Shown one piece after another: positions 63,688-64,000 of a stretch of DNA of 64,000 nt. A model generated the notes under the pieces. The model was not told the origin of the DNA. It searched no databases and saw nothing but the letters and a program-made list of their open reading frames with translations. The stretch is from positions 33,728,001-33,792,000 of the forward strand of contig NC_042997.1 of assembly GCF_006345805.1 (NCBI RefSeq), written 5' to 3'. The position numbers were made by a program, and so were the translations under genes. The stretch's first letter is position 1; every line of letters starts with the position of its first letter. The DNA is from Octopus sinensis (lineage: Eukaryota).

Positions 63688-64000
63688 ATAGTCTTTTGGT
63701 TTTTTTTTTGCTAAACCACTAAGTTATGGAGACATAAACAAACCATCAGAAGTTGTCAAGAAATGGTGGAGGATAAACACACACACACATACACACATAT
63801 GCACACACACACACACATGTATGTATTACATATTCGACCAGACTATCAGATGTTGTTATACATCGCTGGTCACAATACATTTTGCATTGTTTTAGCTTTT
63901 GATTGATGCCACCCTGTTGGCTAGGTGAGCAGGCCAACACTCCTCCAAATCAGAAGGTTAGTTCATTGCAAGGTTACCCTTTTACAGCTGAGTGGACTGG

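Overview
AT-rich, microsatellite-dense eukaryotic DNA. The SINE/LINE content looks like an octopus (coleoid cephalopod) genome; this is inference from repeat families, not proof. I found no intact host protein-coding gene, rRNA, tRNA or CRISPR array, and nearly all listed ORFs are microsatellite or repeat translations. The window is a layered transposon graveyard. It holds about 20 copies of one tRNA-derived SINE (called SINE-A here) and other SINEs (C, D, E/G). LINE remnants include many 5'-truncated RTE 3' ends with (GAT)n tails plus RTE-X, CR1, R4/Dong and possible L1/Tx1 pieces. DNA-transposon relics include decayed piggyBac and Tigger/pogo transposases, TTAA and hAT MITEs with intact TSDs, non-autonomous Helitrons and a solo LTR. 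The most interesting signal is five minimal type-I hammerhead-ribozyme motifs from three unrelated repeat families (Penelope-type), including a natural compensatory G3-C8 core. Other leads are an RTE insertion flanked by a ~410-bp direct duplication, an unexplained triplicated unit bracketed by long inverted repeats, SINE-SINE chimeras, a 67-bp hairpin-motif array in the RTE 3' UTR, and a double hairpin that could be a pre-miRNA. Family letters are local labels. Boundaries were read by eye and are approximate unless TSDs or termini are quoted.
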